A stretch of DNA of 64,000 nt, from positions 65,197,242 to 65,261,241 of the forward strand of contig NC_068987.1 in NCBI RefSeq assembly GCF_001194135.2, in the 5' to 3' direction. Below the pieces are notes generated by a model. It searched no databases and was not told where the DNA came from. It saw only the letters and a program-made list of their open reading frames with translations. Origin of the DNA: Octopus bimaculoides. Taxonomy: Eukaryota. Below are positions 14,301-24,500 of the stretch, one piece after another; position 1 is the first letter of the stretch, and each line of letters opens with the position of its first letter. The position numbers and the translations under genes were made by a program.

Positions 14301-17300
14301 ACTTTTTTAAACCATTATGCCATGCTTAAGAAGACCCACCAAGCCAAGTAAAATTGCAGTCATGGCATATACTGGCGTCATGCAAATGGCACCTGCGTTG
14401 GTGGCATGTAAAAGCACCTGTTACACTCTTGGAGTGGTTGACGTTAGGAAGGGCATGCAGTCATAGAAATCATGCCAAATCAGACAGACCCAACTGTGGG
14501 ATATGCATTAATTTAATTGAGGGATCAGAGTTCTCCTTCAAACAGGGACAACGTTTAAGAGTGAAAAACAGCTTCACATATACTTCGGAGAACCTGATAT
14601 ATGCACTAACCTGCTCTGGGTGTCAAGAGCAATACATAGGCCAAACAAAAAACAGTCTACGTCAAAGGATGGGTCTGCACAGATCCCAGATCAAAATTTC
14701 CAAAAACAGAAAAATAGCATTCAGCCAACACATCAATGTTTGCGCCAATAACAAAAATCCAAGCTTCAGCATTTTTCCCTTCTACCAATTCAGGGACAAT
14801 ACAACCTGCAGCCAACGAATTAATAAAGTGACTCTCTTTATTACAAAATACAGACCCCTGCATGCTAATGTTTCTGCCAGCTCACCGCTTTAGTATGTTG
14901 TAGCATTGAGGTATGTAGGATACTGGAGCTGTGTGGTATAGCGGTCTGTAGAATGATGTAAAAGTTGCTTAAGAATAAGCTTACTAGTCCCTTAGCAAAG
15001 CCTGAACTCATAAGTTGTGTGCCACCATTCTTCAAGCCTAAACATTTAAGGAATGCAACTTCTATGTTCAGACATATGTTACCTTTTTCTGCAATAGTTT
15101 CTCTGAAAGTTTGGTTTCCTTTCTGAACACAGCTAAATCTTCCTGACTTTCTTTCGGTGCTGCAGAAATTACAGCTTTGTTTTCCTGATGAGCTAACACT
15201 ACTGACTTTTTCTTTTTGTTGCTGTCTTGAACTACTCGTCTTGACATATTCTTTGGTAAGGCTTGAGGAACAGCATCGACTTCATCATCATCATCACGGA
15301 TGGCACCCAAATTTGTTTGCTTGACAGCTGCAAAATAAACATAAGTATTTCCATTGTATCAATGTGTGTTTGTTTCTCCTTGCCTTAACATTGCATGATA
15401 GTTGTAAACAAGCATCACCATCATACAAGTGTTGTCATTCATTTCCAATCTTTCATAAAAACATGTTGAGCCATGGGGGATATATCACCTTGCTTGGAAG
15501 TGGATGAGGGTTGGTGACAGGAATGGCATCCGGTCAGAAAACCCGTCTTGGTGAATTCTGTCTGACCCAAGCAAGCATGAAAAAGTGGACATTAAAATGA
15601 TGATAATGGTACACACACACACACACACACACACACGTGTGTGTGTGTGTGTGTGTGTGCATGCGTGCTCATATCCTATTGCACCATGTATGTCTGTGAC
15701 CAAGAAACTGAACTCTAAGCTGTGACATAAGCATTACACAGTAATGACAACTCTGATGTAAATTTGATGACTATTTCCTTAATTTGTAGAGTTCAGTTCA
15801 AATCCTTACATGACTATATCTTAGGTAAAGAGAGGTTCTACCAGACTGAGTTAGTCCAAGATACACTACATGAATGCTACTCTGGCAAGATTCTGAATTA
15901 CTGGGGTTGGCACACCTAGCTTTCTCTCATAGCCTTCTTCAATATCACCTCAAAAGACAGAGTTCATGTCCCAGATTCCATTTTGAATAATTTTACTGTT
16001 ACCTTATAAACATTTAATTCTACCACCAGAAAAAATAGGCAAGAAGTGACATTTTCAAATTGTTCAATTCCCTAACAGTAATAAGAACTGGACAGACTGT
16101 AATTAACTGAACACATTGCAAATTAATAGGCAGCTTGTAATTAAATAGGGATAACTTGAAATTAAGTGGAAAGAGGGTAATTAACTGGACTGACTCTAAT
16201 TAAAGAGGCATCTAATTAAATGGGTAACTTGTAATTAACTGGAGATGATGAAATTAAGTGGTCATCTGACTGAATGGGTAGCTTGTAATTAACTGGAGAC
16301 AATGCAATTAAATGGACAGACTATAATAAACTGGATAGATTGTAATTAAGTGGTCAGTTTGTAATTACGTGGACAGCTTATGATTTGCTGGACAGCTTGT
16401 AAGTTATGGAGGACAGTTGATAACTAAATGGATACATATGTTTATTGAGTAGCTTGTAATTCACTGGACAAATGTATTTAACTGGACAGCTTCTAGTTAA
16501 GTAGACAGTATGTAGTTAATTGGGTATATATTGCTCAACTGGACAAATTGTAAATACATAGAAAGAGAATTAATTTCAGGTGTTTAAACTTACAAAATTT
16601 TTTCATTAATTCTTTAAGATTGGCTTCATATTGCAAATCCCTTTCATGGAATAACTTCCACATATTGGCAATCTCTTTCTGGAAAATTGTAAGAGTAAAA
16701 ACACATTACTAATTGAATAATATAGAATTTCAATAATCAACCCTTATTAATATCCTAAAGACTAGGGTTTCCACCTCAAGCATCAGAAAATACTTCAACT
16801 TTGATCGATGGATGACCTCTACAATGCAAAAATGTAACCTACATCAAAGTATTGTTTATATACTTTTCTTCGTTTTATCTGTCAGTCTGGAGGAAAGGCG
16901 GGGGCCTCTGAGACTTGTGGAATGGTGTGTGGGAGGTATCCTCAAACTAGGGACCTTGCCTAAATTCTTGTAACAGAATGGATTCTGTTAAAGACATCAA
17001 AGGTATCAGATGGTGGTGTTAAATTGCATGGTAAGATTAAGTCTACCACCCTAACATGAAGCTGTTGACACCTGCACACATGCTCAACAGTCACTTGCCA
17101 ATATGATACAACCATTAGATCACAGATGTGTTGTTGACCCTCTCTCTCTCACTCTCTGCCTCCAACTCCTCTCAGATAGCAACCTGCACAGAGGCAGCAG
17201 CACTACCACCAACTCAACCCACTTAATTCTCTCACAGATGAGATGACAAAGGACCAAGATAATTGGTAATTTACTGTGCTCGGGAAAACTTGTTCATCAT

Positions 17301-20300
17301 GGAGAAAATGAGGCCCTAAGAGCATTTTGTTTATGCCTAAACATGCTAGGTCTTGCCCCTGAACCCAATGTTTTCTAGCAAGCATTCCCTATATCTCATC
17401 CTCCTTAAACCCATCCTGCCATCATTCTTCTAAGGCACTACCAAGCTGTTATAATCTCTTGAGATAACCAGCACATTTCAACCTACCTCCTTTATTTTTG
17501 AGCTCCTTTAGAACAACTTACTATTAATAGCCACCCTTTGTTCTCAGTTTCAATCCTCCCCACATCATTTTTCATCTATAACCCCCCCCCACACCATTTC
17601 CTGTACCTTCACTTATCTCTCCCTCTCCTCTACATCTCAGACCTGCCATACCTCATCTTCAACACTGCTCATATTTGCCATCATTCTCTACACCTCCTCA
17701 TATCCACCATCAATGACTCCACTCCACCATTATTTTCCCACTCACTTTAACCATGCTTACATACCTCTGAACTCCATTTCTATTACTGTACTTCACCTTG
17801 CATATCACCTCCCTATTAATGATGGTGGGTGAGAGGTATCCTCAAACCAGGGATCTCACCTAAATTCTTGCAACAGAATGGACTCCGCTAAAGACACCAA
17901 AGGTATCAGATGGTGGTGTTAAATTGCATAATGAGATTAAGTCGACCATCCTAACATGAAGCTATTGATACCTCACTTTACTCAACTCCATACTAATATT
18001 TTCCATCAGCTATACTCACCCCTTATTCATTACTCACTACATTCACCTCTACTTCCATCTTTAACCATCTGTTGCCCTCCTCTGACACTCATATGAAATT
18101 ATCTCCACCACCATTGCTCCACTGTCTGCAGTCTCTCTTATACTTACCTTCTTATATCATCATGTGATGCTCTAACATATCATTACCATCATCTCTATCT
18201 AGTTTTTAGCTACTCTCATCGACTCTTATGCATTGTGGGGTAGCCATGTATCTCTTCTAGAGCAACACACTTGTGCTTGTTTCTCTATCATACTTTAGCC
18301 TTTCAACACCTAGCATAAAACCATCTCCCCTCCTCTCAAAGCCACCACCCCCAACTCAACCAAAGGGATTTTTCCTTCTCTTCCTTTGTGCTTGTGGTGT
18401 AAAAGAAAAAAAAAAAAGCATCCAATACACACTGTAAAATGGTTGGTGTTTGGAAGGGCAACCAGCAATAGAAACTATGTCAAAGCTGATACTGGAGCTC
18501 AATGCAACCCTCTTTACATCCTGTCAAACTGTCCAACCCATACTAGCAGGGAAAACAGATATTAGATAATGGTGATGATGATACTCTGAATTTAAATCAG
18601 TCCATGATGTAAATATGAAGTTTTAATATTAATATATTCAAGACACCAGGCAAAATGCTTAGAGGTATTTCGTCTGTCTTTACACCCGAGTTTAAATTCC
18701 ACCAAGGTCAACTTTACTTTTCATCATTTTGGAGTCTACAAAATAAATACCAGTTGATCACCAGGATCAGTATAATTGAGTTAGTCCCTCCCTCAAACTT
18801 GCTGGCATTGTGTCAAAATTTGAAACCAATATTAATAGATTCAAGAGAAATTTACATGTTTTTGAGTGTCTCTTTCTTCAAAGGCTTGCAGATGATCCCT
18901 GAGCAACTTCAGTTCCTTTTCAAAAGCCAAGTTGTTAGTATCTGATGTTGGCACGATACTACGACTACCACTGCCATGGCCACTACTACTGTCACCATCT
19001 GTGTTTACTGCAGTGGTAGGGACCACTGTGAGGTCACTGTGTCGCTTTGTCAAATGGGTCTGTAAGTATGAGTGATGTAGAAATGCTTTCGGACAATAAG
19101 GACACTGCAAAGAAAAAGGTTAGAAAAAAATATAAGGAAGAATTTAAAAATGAAGTTTGGAGGAAATGTAAAATAGAATTACTGTATATACTCATGTGTC
19201 GAGGCACCCTATATCATGTTTCATTTTAACTGAAAAACTAAGGTGTCACTTATTTATGGGGCAAAGTTGAAACTACGAAGGGAAAATAATTTGTACTAAG
19301 ATTTAACACTGAATTAGGAGAGCAACTTATATACATTACTGCAACTTATACACAAGTAAATATGGTATTTATTTATTTATAAATAGAATTGTTCTAATTA
19401 ACTGAAATATATAAGTAACAGAAATGGCAAATACTGTTCAATTTATTATTGCAATCTGTAGTTATAACCATTATGCTATGATTTTTTAGCCATACCAATC
19501 CTCTTTCTCAAACCTAGTCAAACTATTCTTTCAAGTCATTACCATAATTTCCAACTACAACCACTGCCAACCTTCACCTATAAGCCATCATTAATCTCTT
19601 AATGTTGAGCCACCACTACTTATCTTGCCATTTGAGCTATCACCCAAGCTTCACTGATCTTAAAACTTGTTTTGCATGAGCAAACTATTTCTCCATTCTG
19701 TCCAAAACTGTAAAAGTAGCATCCTCCATCAATTTGGATACCCCTCAAATTGACATAACCCCTAAACTGTTTCAATATTACATCAATATCCATCAAACCA
19801 ACACTGATCACAGCCTACCAATCTAACTATCATTCAATACCAACTAACACGACTATAAACGAGCCTACAAGGAAGCCTTTATATGATTGCTTAGGCTACT
19901 AGAAATATCAGCCAAATTTCCTACACTCATAAAAAAAAAAGGATCAAAGGTCCTTCCTGAGTCATAGGCTCATAAGGCTGGATTCCTGGATTCTGTGGTG
20001 CATATATTCCCCTACTTGATAGGACACTAGTCCATTGTATGGTAACCCAATTTTAGCAACTGAGTGGACTGGAGTAATGCGAAATGTTTTGCTCAAGAAC
20101 TCAATGCATCACTTGATCCAAGAATTGGAACCACAATCTTATGATCATGAGTGCAACATCCTAACCACTAAGCCATGCACCCCGCTCCACATGTTTTACT
20201 CTGCCATCTCCAAAAAAAGATGGATTGGATAATATATTCTAAGGTACATGCTGAAAAGAAGGAATGGTCATTGTTTGGTTGGTTTTGATCATAGATTTAC

Positions 20301-21053
20301 TCAAGTTTGACTTGGGGTTAAACAATAACAACTATCCAAATTTCATCACTAATAGCAACAGATCAATACTACCCATAATTCACTACAAAGCAGTAAATCA
20401 AGATGTGTGAAACAGCAGCAGTACCAACAGCACAGTTAGCCCACCACCACTACCACCACCACCACCATGTAGCCAATCACAATAGGGCTACTGTTGCTCC
20501 CACCAGTAACAACAACAGCAGCCTTAATGTTAGAGCTAACCTACGCACACATAATACCACAGTGTAACTTATAAAAGCATCAAGTACCTTATGGTAATTC
20601 CCAGGTACACCATGAATGAGCTGCTGTTGGGCCATCAACAGTTTCTTCCTCTTGTGACTCTCCTTGCTGACTTTAGAAAGCTCCTTCTGTAGTTTCTCAA
20701 TCTGTTGCTTGAGTTCATTCTCCTTCTATAGGATTAAAGACAACATCAATAAAACCCTGACAGTAATAAATAGCAAAGGGAAATAATTTCACAAGTCAGA
20801 AACATTTACAACATTGTGCTGTTAAGAATCTGAATATAAAAGAAAAAGAAAAGAAAAAAGAACAAGATAATCACTTTTAAGGACAATAATACAGGCACAG
20901 GTATGCTTTTATAGTTGAGAAACTTGCTTCCTAACCATATGGTTTTGGGTTCAGTCCCACAGCACAGTACCTTAGGAAAGTATCTTCTACAATAGCTCCA
21001 GGCTGTCAGAGCCTTGTGAATGAATATGGTAGACAGAAACTGAAAGAAGCCAG

Positions 21054-21084
<31 letters not shown>

Positions 21085-21535
21085 NNNNNNNNNNNNNNNN
21101 NNNNNNNNNNNNNNNNNNNNNNNNNNNNNNNNNNNNNNNNNNNNNNNNNNNNNNNNNNNNNNNNNNNNNNNNNNNNNNNNNNNNNNNNNNNNNNNNNNNN
21201 NNNNNNNNNNNNNNNNNNNNNNNNNNNNNNNNNNNNNNNNNNNNNNNNNNNNNNNNNNNNNNNNNNNNNNNNNNNNNNNNNNNNNNNNNNNNNNNNNNNN
21301 NNNNNNNNNNNNNNNNNNNNNNNNNNNNNNNNNNNNNNNNNNNNNNNNNNNNNNNNNNNNNNNNNNNNNNNNNNNNNNNNNNNNNNNNNNNNNNNNNNNT
21401 CTCTTACTTGAAAAGCTAGTAAGGATTTGTGACAGGAAGAGCATCCAGCTGCAAAATATTGCCTCACAACATTTTTGTCCAACTGATGCCAGCATAGAAA
21501 AGCAGATGTGAAAACAATGATGAGGATCTCTTTCT

Positions 21536-21583
<48 letters not shown>

Positions 21584-24500
21584 TGCAAGCAAGTTTGACA
21601 CTTAACCCCACTTTTACACCACAATATTAGAGTGTCTCTATATGGTTGCTCAAGCTGCAAGAAACAGAAGTGAAATCTCCCTTGTATCATATGCAAATGT
21701 CTTAAAAAGAGAATGGTACATTGGTTATTGTAGTCCTGTGTACATTTATCTAAATAAATGACAGGATGTTTACAACTGGAATGTAAAATGCAATCTAAAC
21801 TGAGGCTTAAACAGAAACAATAACAAATACAAAATCCTTTAAAATTAACTCTTACCTGTTCATGCTTCTTGATTCTCTCTTCCACACTTCCCAGTTGGTG
21901 AGTTAAGTATTCTTGTGAGTTCTGGAACAAAGGAGGTCACAGTCAGAAGAGAAATGTGGAAAGCAATGACATGAGGCAGTGTCGCTGGCAGCAATTTGAA
22001 GGAAATTATTAGCTTTAAGAAGACAGCTTATAAGAATAAAACCAAACTAATAATATGCTTTGCTGAAGTGGTTTCATAAGACTGAAACATGTCTCAAGTT
22101 GTTGGCAGTGTTTAAGCACAGGTATGGTTGTGTGGTTAAGAAGATGGCTTTCCAACCACATGGTTTTGAGTTCAGTCCCACTGCATCGGACCTTAGGCAA
22201 GTGTCTTCTACTATAGCTCCGACTAATGGCTTGTGAGTAAATTTGGTAAATGGAAACTGCATGGAAACCCATTGTATATGAGTGTGTATGTGTGTCTGTG
22301 TCTTTGTGTTAGTGCTCCTCACCCCCACTTCAAGGTGGTGCCTCAGCATAGCCACAGTCCAATGACTGAAACTAGTAAAAGATAAAGTGTCATTTCCCAC
22401 TTAATATTTTCATTTAATTCTTAATAACTAAAATGTTGCACCATTTGAGAGCAATTGTCATAAATACTAATGGCTTGTCTACTCATTACATCTTTTATCT
22501 TTTACTTGTTTCAGTTATTTAACTGTAGCCATGCTGGGGCAGCGCCTTGAAAAATTTTTTGTCAAATGAATCACCCCCTCCCACCAGTACTTATTTTTTT
22601 GTAATCCTGATACTTATTCAGCCTGTTCTCTTTTGCCAGGCTGCTAAGTTATGGGGACATAAACACACCAACACCTGTTGACAAGTAGTGGTGGGAGACA
22701 AACACAGAAACAAACCCACACACAAGCACACACACATACACACACACAACAAACTTCTTTCAGTTTCTGTCAACCAAATCCACTCACAAGATTTTGGTCA
22801 GCTCAAGGTTATAGTAGAAGACACCTGTGAAAGATACCATGCAGTGGGACTGAACCTGGAGCTTTGTGTTTAGGAAGCAAGCTTCTTGCTACACAGCCAT
22901 GTATAAAATTCTGATTTATTAAAAATTAGTTTTAACTCACTACATCAAGAAAGACAGCTTGCACTCAACTATAAAAGAAGTCTCTGTAATTAAATTTCCA
23001 CTCAAGCAAAAAGACTGGATATGATTATAACATAAACACTCTCCGCAGCTGGAACCTCTCAGAACACAAAGGAAGTCACATAATGAAAGATGAAATTTCT
23101 CAATGACAAACAAAACATTTCTAACACTATGTTTAGTAATGGTTTCAAATTTTGGTACAAGGATAGCAATTTTAGATAAGGGGTTAAGTCAATTACATTG
23201 ACTCCCCAACCCAGTGCTCAATTGATACATAATTTATCAACTGTGAAAGGGTGAAAGGCAAAGTTTGACCTTAGTGGAATTTGAACTCAGAGTGAAAACA
23301 GCCAGAAGAAATACCACTAAATATTTTGTCCAACATGCCAACAGTTCTGCCAGTTTGCTGTTTTCACTATGTTAAACAATTCTTTCTACTATAAGCACAA
23401 GGTCTGAAAAATCTGGGGATGGGGAGGGAGCTAGTTGATTGCATTGACCAGAGGCACCCAACTGGTACTTATTTTATCAATCCCAAAAGGACAGAAGGCA
23501 AAGTCAACCTCAGCAAAATTTGAGCTCAGAGCCAGGAGAAATGCTGCTAATCACTTTGTCCAACCCATAAACAGTTCACTATGAGTAATAATGATAACAA
23601 TAATGATTTAAGATAGAGGCATATGGCCACATCTTTTGGAGAAGAAATGTAGCCAATTAGCCTAGGCCCTAAAAGATGAAAGAAAAGTGATGTTCAGAAA
23701 GATTTCAACCCAGAATGTAAAACGACATAACTTAACCCTTGCCACCTTAAAACATAATAATAATAACAACAATCAAAATTAATTGTGATTACAGCTTACA
23801 CAGAGATAAATTCAAAATCTTCCTTCAGCTGCTTTGCTGTACCCTGGAGCACAGAGCAGCATGGGACATGTCATTGCTTGCTGACTGATAGCATGTACTG
23901 CTCCTACATTGTTGTTGGGTGTTTTGTGATAAGAAGGCTGAGAACTTTCCTTAGAAATAGACCTGCTATAAATCTAATGAGTAATAAAATCACTTATGCT
24001 AATGTGACTACAGTCTCACAGCTCTGGTTTCCTACCAGCTTGAGTCTCACACAACAATTGGAAAGATTACAAATCCCAAAAACAAAAGCTAAGTCAAAGA
24101 CTTAAGAATGACTTTTAAGTGTTACATCTCTGCTCCCTGGGCCTTCATTTAGACAGCGAGAACATGTATATAGAATAGAGAGGTTATTGATAGTATGTAT
24201 CTCATCCCTCATAGCAGATGCTCTATTACAGAGTATACATCATGTAACCTTCTTCCTAGTAACCCTTTAGCATTTAGATTATTCTATTAAATGTAATGTT
24301 TATTTAATCAGGGTTTTGAATTAATCATGCATTATCTGGCAGCTACAAGATTTCTATAATGTGATTGATTATTTGTAGAATAGCATTGAAATGTAGATGT
24401 AAGAGGCTGGATTTGGGTGGCTTGAATATAAAACAAACAGAATATTTGGGTCAGGTGTGGCTGATTTAAATGATGAAGCTCTGTGACAAAATGGAATGTA

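Noticed and set aside
20806-21930. 374-aa ORF and other long ORFs containing X runs (21016, 37285, 39893, 48971, 60999-61801, 61941-62238)
   Set aside because: They read through N-gaps and microsatellites. Only the 66-nt DZIP1 exon inside the first one is real.
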